Below, one piece after another: positions 11,013 through 23,867 of a DNA stretch of 64,000 nucleotides. Source of the DNA: Octopus vulgaris (lineage: Eukaryota); assembly GCA_951406725.2 (NCBI GenBank), contig OX597814.1, positions 93,372,001-93,436,000 of the forward strand. Reading direction: 5' to 3'. Under the pieces are notes generated by a model, which saw only the letters and a program-made list of their open reading frames with translations, made no database searches and was not told the DNA's origin. The position numbers and the translations under genes are program-made. The first letter of the stretch is position 1, and each line of letters opens with the position of its first letter.

Positions 11013-11430
11013 GGCGCAGGAGTGGCTGTGTGGTAAGTAGCTTGCTAACCAACCACATGGTTCTGGGTTCAGTCCCACTACGTGGCATCTTGGGCAAGTG
11101 TCTTCTGCTATAGCCCCGGGCCGACCAATGCCTTGTGAGTGGATTTGGTAGACGGAAACTGAAAGAAGCCTGTCGTATATATGTATATATATATATATGT
11201 GTGTGTGTGTTTGTGTGTCTGTGTTTGTCCCCCTAGCATTGCTTGACAACCGATGCTGGTGTGTTTACGTCCCCGTAACCTAGCGGTTCGGCAAAAGAGA
11301 CCGATAGAATAAGTATTGGGCTTAAAAAGAATAAGTCCCGGGGTCGATTTGCTCGACTAAAGGCGGTGCTCCAGCATGGCCGCAGTCAAATGACTGAAAC
11401 AAGTAAAAGAGTAAAAGAGAGTAAAAGAGT
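11013..11430 (+). mobile_element. SINE family A, full length, young
   Basis: Near-identical to 7857-8268. Confidence 0.92.
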
Positions 11431-11513
11431 AAATGTCTTTACAAAAAGCTTTCTTATAGATATTCGTTTGTGGTTACTTTTCTCAAGTTATTTCAACGAA
11501 AATAAGAAATGCC

Positions 11514-11553
11514 ATCTATCTAATTTTCTGTCTGGCTATCTGTCTGTCCGTTC

Positions 11554-11644
<91 letters not shown>

Positions 11645-11786
11645 AGTTAAGTAGCTAGCTTGCTATATCTATACAAGTATCTGTCTATATTTATCCTTAT
11701 TTCTTCGTTTCTTTCACTCTCTTTCTATTTTCTTTCCTTTTATCCTTCTCTCTTCCATTTTGGCTATTCTCCTTCCTTCCTTCCTG

Positions 11787-11826
<40 letters not shown>

Positions 11827-12072
11827 TCACACTCTCTCTTATTTTTGATTGTCTTCCTTTATCTCTCTTTCTTTCACTGTCTATCTTTCTTTCTGTTTTC
11901 TCTTTAACCTCTCTTTCTCCCTTTCCTTCTTTCTGTCTTTCACTTCTCTATTTCCTTTTACTTTTCTTTCTTTTTCTCTCTCTCTCTTTCTCTTTTCCTC
12001 TTCCGTTTTTTTGTTTCCTATTTCATATTATCTCACATCCTTTCTTTACTATTTCACTCTTTTCTTCTTTCT
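11514..12072. repeat. (TCTG)n/(TCTA)n followed by a long polypyrimidine low-complexity tract
   Basis: Directly visible. Confidence 0.9.
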
Positions 12073-12437
12073 TGCATGACAGCATACAAATAACCCCAAT
12101 TCAGAGGCACTATCTGTCTACCTTAGTTCCTTCCCTTACATCATTTCAAAAAGATAATTGAATGATTAGTTTCTTACAGCTATTTTCAAGAAATTTGTTA
12201 CCATCACTTTCACAGAAACAAGTGAAATGAGTGGTTTCGAGGTAAAAAAATGTCTTGCTGATTTTCCTATCAACTTACAAACATTTAATACAGATTTTTC
12301 CCTTCACTTTAAGGCAACATCAGTTCCTTGTCAGATATGTATTCGGCATGTTAATACCCAAAATGTTAAAGGCAAAATACATCAAAAGGTGGTGTTTATC
12401 GCCTTCCAACACTGTTCACAAACATACGGCAGTATGT

Positions 12438-12828
12438 TCTTTTCTGCACAAGGCCCGAAATTTTTGTGGAGGGGTCCAGTCGATTAGATCGACTCCAGTA
12501 CGCAACTGGTACTTAATTTACCGACCCCGAAAGGATGAAAGGCAAAGTCGACCTCGGCGGAATTTGAACTCAGAACGTAAAACAGACGAAATTCCTATTT
12601 CTTTACTACCCACAAGGGGCTAAACACAGAGAGGACAGACAATGACAGACAAACGGATTAAGTCGATTATATCGACCCCAGTGCGTAACTGGTACTTATT
12701 TAATCGAACCCGAAAGGAGGAAAGGCAAAGTCGACCTCGGCAGAATTTGAACTCAGAACGTAACGGCAGACGAAATACGGCTACGCATTTCGCCCAGCGT
12801 GCTAACGTCTCTGCCAGCTCGCCGCCTT
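12438..12828 (-). mobile_element. SINE family B, head-to-tail dimer with two different tails
   Basis: Two B bodies; junction gacgaaattcctatttctttactaccc at about 12586. Confidence 0.9.
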
Positions 12829-12986
12829 GTTCGGCTGTATGTTACTCTCGGGTGAGCTGGAAATCTTTCGCACCTAAAGGCTTTGGTAATCATAGTTAAT
12901 TTACTACAACATGAGGAATTCGCAGGCTTTCCAATAAAAATGTTAAATCCACGAAAAATGCTGCATACATAAACATTACTTGACAG

Positions 12987-13021
<35 letters not shown>

Positions 13022-13649
13022 TTGCATTCCTGGAATTTTATTCGCACTTACGGTTTAGCAACTTCAGTTGCTAAACCGTAAGTTGTTTAGTGACTGTCAG
13101 CTTAACGACATTTTCTTAGATTTCAATGCAGTACGAAGCGTGTAACATACAATGTTAACAAACACGTTTTATCGCTTATTGTCCATTTTTTGTCATCCAT
13201 ACTAGCTGCATACATGCTCGAAGCTTACTAACTACATGCACTTGGATCCTTGGATCGTACTTACCTATTACTATGCATGTATGTTTGTATGCATGCATGT
13301 GTGTGTGTGTGTGTGTGTGTGTTTGTGTTTGGATTTATTTTGTTTACTTACAGATCAAGTACAAATATGTACTTTGTTCTATTAAACGTCTGCAATGATT
13401 GGAACAAGCAGAAGATAAAAGATGTATGTATACATCTTCTACATGTTCCTTTCCTGAATATATCTACTTTTCAATGAAGCAAAATATGACATTTTTTGCG
13501 TATAAGACAACGTGTTATGGACTAGTGTTTAGAATATTTAAAATATTTCCAAGCATTATAAAATTAACTGGCAGATTTTTAGAAATATTGATAAATTGAA
13601 ATATGGAAAAATAAAAGAAATTCTTTTCTATCTTTTCTTCCGAGGCACT

Positions 13650-13701
<52 letters not shown>

Positions 13702-13858
13702 AGAGAGATGGATAGAGAGGGATAGAGAGAGAGAGAGAGATTGTGTGTGTGTGTTAGAAAGAAAAAGAAAGAGAAAGAGAGACAGTGAGAAGAGAGAGAC
13801 GGATAGGAAAAGGAGGAGGGTAAGGAACGGATTTTCTTGCGTGTTTACTAATGTATGG

Positions 13859-13910
<52 letters not shown>

Positions 13911-14533
13911 GAGAGTGTCAGTTTGTGTATGTATGTATGTTTGTATGTATGTATGTATGTATGCATGTATGTATGTATGCATGCATGCATGATGCACTGT
14001 CGCATACATGTTTATTTATATATATATATATGTATGTATATGTATGTATGCAAGTATGTATGTATGCAAGTATTCACAGATGTATATACGATGAATGTGT
14101 AAAAAAAGAAGGGAGAAATTAGAAACTAAAGAAGAGAGAAAATCAGTTTTCATGATAAACTTGAGCATCAAATATAAAAAACAAGACTTCTGATGAAGGT
14201 ACTAGACTTCAAGGCTCAAAGGCATTGAAGGCTCAAAACTTTTAATACATCCCTTAATTTAAGTTTACAATGAATTTTTTCCTGGTATGCGCACAGACAC
14301 GAACATTCACATACATGCACATTGCTTTTCACACTCTGACAATAAATTCACGTGTTTACTCACACATAAACATAGGCTCAGAAATACAGACACATGCCTT
14401 TTTCTTTCCATGTACTCCTTCTAACTCTCAGTCTCAGTATAATCAACAAACCTATCCCAAAAGGTTATGGCTGGTCAGAGAGTGACAATTGGTTTCGCAT
14501 AAGGCGCTTAGCTGTATAGGCAAACGTCAGACT

Positions 14534-14589
<56 letters not shown>

Positions 14590-14590
<1 letters not shown>

Positions 14591-15834
14591 TGGGTTCGGA
14601 AAGTTCGTGCCGATTTCTAAAGGAAAGAAAAAGGCCAATAAATACTTGCATTACATTTTTAATCAACCAAATATGAACCATTTTGTTGCACAATGCGTCT
14701 CCATCTTTCCTTTAACTTGAAAATACCCTCTTCCCAGAACTGAGGTGGTTTCATGGCAAAGAATTCATCAAGGTATCTTTTTACGTCATCCAAGGCATTG
14801 AAATTTTTACCATTAAGACTATTCTGCAGAAACCTGAAGAAGTGGAAATCCGAAGGAACAATATCTGGTGAATATGGAGGGTGGGGCAACACATCCCAAC
14901 CGAGCTGCAGCTGGTTCCCAAAGAAACGGGCGGTCTTGAATTATCATGTTGGAAAACAACACCCTTCCAGTTGGCCAATTCTGTACATTTCTCTTGAATT
15001 GCTGCTTTTAACTCGTCCAGTTATTTTCAGTATTTCTCAGAATTAGTTGTCTGGTTACTTGGGAGAAGCTCATAGTATAGAATTCCTTTCCAATCTCACC
15101 AGACACAAAGCAAAACTTTTTTAGGGTGAAGAACCGCTTTTGGGGTGGCTAAGGGTGGCTCATGTCGCTTACTCCAGGATCGCTTTCTCTGAACATTTCG
15201 GTAGATAATCCATTTCTCATCACCTGTCACAATTTGCTTTAAAAAAGGCGCGTTTTCATTCCGTTTATAAAGCAAATCTCAGATGGAAATGCGATTCAAA
15301 AGGTTCTTCTCACTCATCGTAGCAATTTGTGTACCCAAGCTTTACCAGGTGCTCATGTACGACGGATTTTGATAGGTTGAGGCTTTCTGCCAATTCTCGG
15401 GTTGTGCCATGTGGGTTATTCTCAATTAATAACTTGATATGGTCATCATCTGTAGTCGATGGTTTGCCTCACTGCTCTATATCAATAAGGCTACAATCTC
15501 CAGCTCGGAACCTTGCGAATCACTTCCGTACAGTTCTTTCAGATAAAGAAACATCATCGTAAACTGCGCATATTTCTTTTGTTGCTTGTGAGGCATTTTT
15601 CCCTTTACGGAAAAAGAAAAGCATCAAGTGTCGAAAATGAACTTTCTAATCTTCCATTATAAAGGGTACAGAAGTAACACGGGTTATAGAAACATAAACC
15701 TTCCTTCATGAAAAGGTAGCTTAAACTGTGCTCTAATTGGAGGTGTAGTCAAATCCTATTTTATGGACTCAACCATGTTCTAAAATAAGTCGAAAGGTAA
15801 ACTACTATAAACCGGTACGAAGTTTCCGGACAAC

Positions 15835-15838
<4 letters not shown>
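14590..15838 (-). mobile_element. Near-full-length mariner element (1249 bp), inactive
   Basis: TIRs ttgggttcggaaagttcgtgccgattt / aaaccggtacgaagtttccggacaacccaa with TA flanks. Confidence 0.93.
14659..15657 (-). pseudogene. Mariner transposase pseudogene
   Basis: MED*KVHFRHLMLFFFRKGKNA..., IVTGDEKW, VFQHDNSRP and LPHPPYSPDIVPSDFHFF; stops and frameshifts. Confidence 0.92.
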
Positions 15839-15884
<46 letters not shown>

Positions 15885-16037
15885 CAGACATACATGCAGA
15901 TGTGGAAATGCATGTGTATGCATATATGTGCATATATTTGAATATATGTGTGTATGTAGGTTTATACATATTTATACAGATTTATATGTATGAGTGTATA
16001 TGTACAATATCAGCACGCACACATACACACACACGCA

Positions 16038-16096
<59 letters not shown>

Positions 16097-16552
16097 CTTA
16101 CTTGGAAGAGGATGCGTCGCGTTCAATCATATAATAATATAAATAATATATATATATATATATATATATGCATATATACATGCGTATATGTACATACTTA
16201 CATCTATACATCTATACTTACATCTATATATCAAAGTATACGTATATATATATATGCATATGTAGACACAGGACGTCATGAAACGTGTACAACAAAAAAG
16301 TACGAAGCACGAGTACATGGAACATGAACTATTCTTTGGAACAACGAAAGACACAAATGGAAAACAAAGCAAACACCATAAAGAATGAATTTTCATCAGT
16401 TGTTGGCTGTTTTGTAGTCTCGTATTTCGAGCATTTAACAATATACACTTTCAATGAAACAGCTGCTCCCGCAGATCAAATTAAATAAAATTTGGGATTT
16501 TGCGGAGGGTCAAAATAGGTAACTCAAACAGGACAATGAAAACTAACCCAAC

Positions 16553-16809
16553 CCTTTTGCCGAACCGGTAAGTTACCCCCTACTATCATGCGATGGTAGG
16601 GGGACAAACACAGACGCAAACATTTATACACACACACATATATACGACGAGCGACGGGCTTCTTTCAGTTTCTGTCTACCAAATCCACTCACAAGGCTTT
16701 GGTCGGCCCGAGGCTATAGTAGAAGACACTTGCCCAATGTGCCAGGCAGTGGGACTGAACCCGGAACCACGTTGTTGGTAAGCAGGCTACGTACCGTACA
16801 CCCACTCCT

Positions 16810-16812
<3 letters not shown>
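16553..16812 (-). mobile_element. SINE family A, 3'-truncated
   Basis: Reverse complement of the family A head and core. Confidence 0.85.
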
Positions 16813-16857
<45 letters not shown>

Positions 16858-17336
16858 TATATATATACTCACATACGTATGTATATGTAAATCGTTGTAG
16901 TAGTGTATGGTGCTACAACTGGTATGCATATAGTCTACTTTTATTACGTAAATTCTCATACATTTTTCTACTCCAATGATATTTGTTCTTGAATGTTACA
17001 GCTGTTTGTCTGTCAGGAATTTCGTGTCTCATATAAATTTTTAATTGTTTTAGCGTTCATTTAGAACAATTTACACCGTTGTATGTCCAAATCACTTTTC
17101 TGTGCATTCAATTACCAGCGTTTAACTATTTCATTGTGCTCCCAGCTTTTGCAAAAGTATTATGTCAGGCCTTTCTCTCGGCTCTCCAAGTTTGGATATC
17201 CTTTGGTTGTCAGTTACCCTATGGCTTATTCTTTTTCTTAAGTATATGCTATATGTTCATGTTCTTCTTGATGTAATGTTCTTCAAGAAAATTCCGTAGC
17301 ATTTTCCCCGTTCTTTTTCCTTTCTTGCTTTCCATA

Positions 17337-17731
17337 GGCGTAGGAGTGACTGTGTGGTAAGTAGCTTGCTTACGGACCTGATAGTTCTGGGTTCAGTTCC
17401 GCTGCGTGGCACCTTGGGCAAGTGTCTTCTACTACAGCCTCGGTCCGACCAAAGCCTTGTGAGTGGATTTGGTAGACGGAAACTGAAAGAAGCCCGTCGT
17501 ATATACGTATGCGTGTTTATACGTTTGTCTGTCTGTGCTTGTCCCCCCAACATCGCTTGACAACCGATGTTGGTGTGTTTACGTCCTCGTAACAGCGACT
17601 CGGCAAAAAAGACCGATAGAATAAGTACTAGGCTTACAAAGAATAAGTCCTGGGGTCGATTTGCTCGACTAAAAGGCGGTGCTACAGCATGGTCACAGTC
17701 AAATGACTGAAACAAGTAAAAGAGTAAAAGA
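17337..17731 (+). mobile_element. SINE family A, full length
   Basis: Colinear with 7857-8268. Confidence 0.9.
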
Positions 17732-17886
17732 ATACCGTCCTTCTCTTTTCTCTCCGTTGTTGCTTCTTTTTGCCACAGTTCTCAGCATTTTTCCAACCTC
17801 TAACGCATACTTGTATAGGTGATATTTATTGCCACTTAAAAACGTAGATGTTTTGTTGGAACAAACTTTGTTGCTCTAGATACCAT

Positions 17887-18156
17887 GGCTTCTGTTGCAA
17901 AATGCACGCTTTTTTTTTATATCGCGTGCATTTATATCGCACGGGGAGAGAAATACCCACCAACTCCAGCGCCGAGACCAACAGATCACATGATTTTGAC
18001 CTTCTTTAGTCTCATCGATGATGGACGCTCGACCGCTAGAGATAGTAGCGACTCACCTTCCTGCCACAGTTATATAGAAAATCAGTGCCAGAACAGGCAC
18101 TGATGTCGAGAGCCCCGCTGGCGATAAAAGCATGCGTGCATTTTGCACCAAAAGTC
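17887..18156. mobile_element. MITE with ~40-bp imperfect TIRs, superfamily unclear
   Basis: ggcttctgttgcaaaatgcacgc...tatcgc vs gcgataaaagcatgcgtgcattttgcaccaaaagtc; no clear TSD. Confidence 0.6.
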
Positions 18157-18509
18157 TATATGAGAGTTTCTCACATGGTATCTACCGCAGTAAAGTTCAA
18201 GTGAGAATAAATATTACCTCTCCGTATTAATACTGCCTCTGTCGCTAATATACATATTTGTATAGGTAGTATTCCTCTCTATTACAACACAATCTTCTAC
18301 GCTAATCAAATCTCTCCCATCAACACTGCGTTTCATAAGCAGTCTTTTAATATCACCAATTTTGTTACATTTATTTTAGTACTGCTATATATCACGTGTG
18401 CTATATCTCATTAAATTTTTTCTACCATTCGATTCTTTGTAATCTCCCACACACGTCTGTCTGTATAGTACTCCTCATCCTTAGTGTTGACTTAGTGAGA
18501 AAAGTAAAT

Positions 18510-18580
18510 AAAATAATAATAATGATGACGATGATATTGATAATAATGATGATGATGATGATGATAATAATAATAATAAT

Positions 18581-18622
<42 letters not shown>

Positions 18623-18714
18623 TAATAATAATAATAATAATTTCTTTTATAAGCTACAGAGGCATAGTTGAGGGGGGGCAATAATAATAACAATGTTGTT
18701 GTTGTTGTTGTTGA

Positions 18715-18766
<52 letters not shown>

Positions 18767-18777
18767 ATTATTATTAC
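18510..18777. repeat. Compound (AAT/GAT)n and (GTT)n microsatellite
   Basis: Directly visible. Confidence 0.9.
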
Positions 18778-18779
18778 TG

Positions 18780-19175
18780 GAAAGAGCTGGCAGAATCGTT
18801 AGCATGCTGGGCAAAATACTAAACGGTCTTTCGTCCGTCTGAACGTTCTCAGTTCAAATTTTGCCGAGGTAGACTTTACATAGAATCCCTTTCAGGGTCG
18901 AGGAAATAAGTACCAGTTGAGCACAAGGGTCGATGTAATCGATTAGCCCCTCCGCTAAAATTGTAGGCTTTATACCTGGCGATCTGGCAGAATCGTTAGC
19001 ACACTGGGCAAAATGCTTAGCGGTATTTTGTCCGTCTTTACGTTCTGTGTTCAAATTCCGCCGATGTCCACTGTGCCTTTCATCCTTTCGGGGTCGATAA
19101 TTAAGTACAGTGAAACACCGGTGTCAGTGTAATCGACTAGTCGACTTTGTGCCTTTAGTAGAAAGGATTATTATA
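18780..19175 (+). mobile_element. Two tandem SINE family B copies
   Basis: ctggcagaatcgttagca heads at about 18787 and 18984. Confidence 0.85.
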
Positions 19176-19214
19176 AAGCACACTCGATCTATAGAACAGC
19201 GGATTATTATACAA

Positions 19215-20549
19215 AATCCCCTATGGCATCCAGCAGGGAATCTTGCTATAATTCTTCACAACCAATCCCCCGCAAATTTCTGCTTTGCGACAACCCAAAA
19301 ATCGTTGAATCACTGTGACAAAGACATTTTAAACTACTTTCTTCTCCGCGCTGTGCATCTTGAATTTCATGTACTCCGGAATCTTCTTTACCTGTTGTCA
19401 GGGACAAAAGTGTCTTTGTCAGACATCTTTGTCTCAGGTAACTTAGGGAAGAATTCATGAAGGTATTTAAAGGCTAAAGGCCCCTAATGAAGTACTGAAA
19501 CAAATTGTTTTATAAAATCCGATTTATGCACAATGTTGGACACAACACATTCCAGGCGTCCACTAATGGTTCACAGTTGAAGTTGTTTTGTCTCAAAGAG
19601 AACTTACTCCGTTGAGGAAATTGTTGCCTTGGATAGTGTGTCGTGTGTCTGCAGTTCCAAACGCAAAGGTAGCTGGGAAACATAGTGAAGCCCACTTTGA
19701 AGACCCCCCCAGAAACGTTACAATTTTGAAATCTCTATTAACTTACCAGCCATACTTATCAGAATACAAAAATCTACCAAGGCACTGACGCTGCTGTATT
19801 ATTTTTTGAAATGTACTGAATAAGTCAGAGGCAGAGACGGATATCTTCTATTATGGAGCAGCACAGATTGGAGGTTCTTAGATGAGATGTCAATGAAGAA
19901 GTGTCACTAATTTGAGTTACAAGTAAATACCATTGACTTCGAACAGACTGGTCGTATTTTGGAAGAAGAACACATCATAAGTGAAGAGCCTTGAAAAGCT
20001 CAGATGTTGTTTTCATGGATATGTAACTTGCACAGTTTCATTTAATGAGTTCACTGCTTGAACCTGGACATCAAAAGCTCGGCATTAAAGTCGCTGAGAT
20101 CTTTTTGATTGTAGCCGTATGACATTTTCTTTTTAACTGTATTTCAGAAATTGTAACTTGTATGTACAACGTCTTCTCCCATTCTGACTGACTGCTCTCC
20201 CTTGATGATCGTCGCTCTCTCACTGTAAGAATGGATATGCTGAGCTTAGGCTAGTGTGGCATCAAGGCGATGGATAATGGACGATCTGACCGTCTAATTA
20301 CATGATGCATTCTTGCCATCTAGATGTTTGGGAGACGTAAAATTCCTAGAAATTATTTTTGCATTTTTGCAGTGTTCGTTGGGAAAATGAAGTGTCCAGA
20401 GTTTGTCTTGATCTCCGACAAACATACTAAGATGTGTCACACATTTTGGCAGATGTTATCATAGTGTACTTTCTCGCTCTTGCCTTAATAAATTGATTAC
20501 TGACATAGTTAAATGCATCTCTAAGAAATTTGCAGCTACTTGATGCCAT
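19215..20549 (-). pseudogene. Chapaev3-type (CMC superfamily) transposase pseudogene
   Basis: Broken frames from ATG at 20549: MASSSCKFLRDAFNYV..QFIKARARKY, VGDQDK, NAELLMSRFKQ, FFIDISSKNLQSVLLHN..YPSLPLTYSVH, FTMFPSYLCVWNCR..HY, EPLVD...PTLCI, FIKQFV...AFKYLHEFFPKL. Upstream 20650-20750 has (t)tctagaa-like repeats. Confidence 0.85.
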
Positions 20550-21544
20550 CTTTGACAAATGCAGATGGAGCTATCCATTTACGCATTCAGAACTAAATCG
20601 AACTGATGAGTTTAAGGCCTCTGTACTTATATTACTATTTAGATTACAGGAAAATTCTAAAAGAATCTTGAAAATTTTAGGAAATTCTAGAAAGTGCACG
20701 AAACTTCTAAATCAGCTACTCAGCACTAAATCTAACTAGAATGTTTTGGAAACTTGGTATATTTCAAAATATCAATATTGAGGCCACAAAATGAAAGATG
20801 GAAGAGAATATTAACCATATCTTATACGTTTTAAGCATTTGCTATAAGGTAAGAAAAGTAATTACTGCTAAAGAAGAAAGAAAGTAAACATTTGGTTACT
20901 TGATGTTAATATCTGAATGCCTGAAAGAAGGATATACCTTACCGATATCATTATTTTCTTGTATAGAAAGGCTGCATTATTTTCCTGGTTGAGATATTTA
21001 GGATTATTTTACTAATCTACTTTTTCTCAGGTAAGCCACGATTGCTTTCCTGCCAGGTGTGATAAGGACAACTTCAGAGAATGCAAATTTGTGAAATTTC
21101 TGATTTTTAGATGGAAAATCATTTTCAGTATATTACAGCTCAAAGATTCGCATGATTTTGAGAAAAACAAAAACACAAACGAATACACAAAAAGAAAATG
21201 GTTTTGTTTCAATAATGTGTATAGAATTTGTGTTTTTTATAAATATAAAATCTAATGTATTAAGTTTGCAACGAATTGCACGATTAGTAGGTGCGTGAAA
21301 AGGTCTTTAGGTCACATTAATTTGCACCTACATTTTCGACCGGCTCTGAAAAGAGTTTAAATAAACAGAACACTACTCTTCTTCCGAAAGGATCACGCGG
21401 CCTATAAAAATGATGTCAGCTTCTCCGACCGTTTTTCCTTTTTGTATATTTACATATCCATCAATCCATGAAATCCAGCTGTCATGTAACCCCAGACATG
21501 TGCTTTTCCTGATCTTTTTTCCTTCTCTTGACCTTTCCTTTCTC

Positions 21545-21582
21545 ATCCTTCTGACGAAGAGCTATGCTCGAAACGTAGAAGA
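21545..21582 (+). ncRNA. Minimal type-I hammerhead ribozyme motif (Penelope-like), core intact
   Basis: CUGACGA-A-GAGC(UAU)GCUC-GAAA-CG-UA; palindromic ACGU stem III; stem I weak. Confidence 0.55.
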
Positions 21583-21914
21583 ACTCGCTCTTTTACCTGC
21601 ATTTACTGAACGTCAAGCTAATAATTCCATATGTAGTTCATTTGTTGTTTTGCTATTTGTTATTTTTAATGTTTAATTTGACTACATATATATACTTGAT
21701 ATGATTGATAAGCGGCATGAACGAAACTATCGGCTCTTGAGTCAATTTGTAAATTCTGGAGATTAAAGATATAATACATTTACCCATGTTTCGAGTTCTG
21801 GTTATCTTGTTTTCTCTACCAAACACACGCGCACGCACAAATACACATTCACACACGCACACACATGCACATACGCCCACACATACACTCACACGCACAA
21901 ACACTCACACTAAA

Positions 21915-22210
21915 TCATGTAATCTAATGACCAACCAGCCTATCAGCTGTTGTAATATATCGCTGAACACAGTGCACTTTGCACCATTTTAGCTTTCGAA
22001 TGATGCCATTCCGCTGGCTTGGCGAGTAAGCCAACATTCCTTCGGATCGAAAGGCAAGCTCGTTGTAGGGTTGCCAATTTACAGCTGAGTGCAGTGGAGC
22101 AACGTGAAATGAAGTGCTTTGTTCGAGAACACAACACGTCACTCAGTCCACGAACTGGCTCCACGATCTAGCTATCGTGAGCGCAGGATTCTAAGCACTT
22201 GGCCACGCAC
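21915..22210 (-). mobile_element. SINE family C (tail type 3)
   Basis: C head and core in reverse; the tail recurs alone at about 47650-47745. Confidence 0.75.
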
Positions 22211-22240
22211 CATCACACACACACACACGTGTATATACAT

Positions 22241-22297
<57 letters not shown>

Positions 22298-22460
22298 CAG
22301 CATTTCGTCCGTTTTACATTTTGAGTTCAAATTCCACCGATGTCGACTTTGCTTTCATCGTTGATGAACGACAAAATAAGTACCAGTTGAGCACTAGGGT
22401 CGAGGAAATCAATTCACCCTCACCTCCAAAATTGATGTCCTTGTGTCAAAGTTTGAAACT
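22298..22460 (+). mobile_element. SINE family B, 5'-truncated
   Basis: gagttcaaattccaccgatgtcgactttgc body. Confidence 0.75.
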
Positions 22461-22552
22461 CTACATGTATATATATATATATATATACATAACATAAACA
22501 CACACACACACATATATATTTATGTATATATATTTGTATGTATATTTTATAT

Positions 22553-22589
<37 letters not shown>

Positions 22590-22597
<8 letters not shown>

Positions 22598-23510
22598 TCA
22601 ATATAAGGGTAGCAAAAAATTCAATAGAAATTTTTTTCGCCACCAGCGGTCTAGTGAGAAAGAAAAAATAGTCAAAAGACTATATAATGTACATTCAACA
22701 ATAATATTAAGGAATGGCCTTAATAGGCCATTCAACTCACTAAAACAAGCAGTATATTTGCATCTAGGTACTAATATGTGTATGTTTATTATCACAATAT
22801 TAAGTCGAAAAACTGAGACGTTGAATGTGGAACATATATATGTTTACTAATTTATATTATTTATTTATATCATTATGTACATGTATATTTTTATATGTAT
22901 AGGAGTGTGAGTATATGCACTCATATATATATGTTGTATTATGGGTATGTACCCACACCCATGTGGATATATATGTAGACTGATTTATATTACATAATCT
23001 CCGAAGAGGCCTTATGATATTTTTGTAAATGTCTCATTTATATCTATATATTGACCTACCATAAAAGGCTAATATTGGTAAAATGAGACATACTTATCTA
23101 CATGGCCGAAACAGCTGTAAGATGTAATCTATACATATATTTATATTTACTTATATTTATATTCTCTTTTATATATATTCTACTTATTATACATCATTAC
23201 TATTTTATGTACACGTTTTTATGTACACTGATTTGTTCTGCTTTTTATATGTAACCCTACAGTCTCTTATGTGGTGGTTTAATAAAGTATGTGATTGAGT
23301 ATTATCGTGTAATTGATATTTGATTTAGATGTATTTCTCCATTTTCTTATCTTGTATTAGTAATTTGTGGTAAATCATTTTGCCTTTGCCCATACAATAC
23401 AGTAAATGAATTGATTGCATCGCAATCATTAACATTTATGTATTAACTTTGTTGGGTACTTCCCTAGCAGTATATTGGATACATGTTATCCCATGGAGGG
23501 TTGCATTATA
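22590..23510 (+). mobile_element. (TA)n-embedded AT-rich element, probably a Penelope-like terminal repeat
   Basis: Flanked by (TA)n; contains a type-I hammerhead motif at 22990-23128 and a downstream aataaa. Confidence 0.5.
22990..23128 (+). ncRNA. Type-I hammerhead-like motif with a ~100-nt extended stem II (core U4 changed to C)
   Basis: atct-CCGAAGA-GGCC...GGCC-GAAA-C(agct)G-UA-agat; stems I, II and III all pair. Confidence 0.55.
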
Positions 23511-23519
23511 TATATGTAT

Positions 23520-23739
23520 ATGTGTGTGTGTGTGAGTTTGTGTGTCTGTGTTTGTCGCCCCAGCATCTCTTGACAACCGATGCTGGTGTGTTTACGTCCA
23601 CTTAAATTAGCAGTTCCTCAAAAAAGACGGATAGAGTAAGTACTAAGCTTACAAAGAATAAGTCCTGGGGTCGATTTGCTCGACTAAAGGCGGTGCTCCA
23701 GAATGGCTGCAGTCAAATGACTGAAATCCAAGAATAAAA

Positions 23740-23742
<3 letters not shown>
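23520..23742 (+). mobile_element. SINE family A, 3' half
   Basis: gacaaccgatgctggtgtgtttacgtcc...ggcggtgctccag. Confidence 0.85.
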
Positions 23743-23774
<32 letters not shown>

Positions 23775-23867
23775 CGCATATTTGCCATTTGAATATGGCT
23801 AACCCCTAAGGGTGGATGCTACTGTAGTTTGTAGCCCCAGGAAGATATCTCCTCCAGCTGGCTATAG

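Noticed and set aside
20798-20860. MEENINHILYVLSICYK then gtaaga as a coding exon
   Set aside because: Too short to support, and it could equally be an eroded mariner N-terminus.
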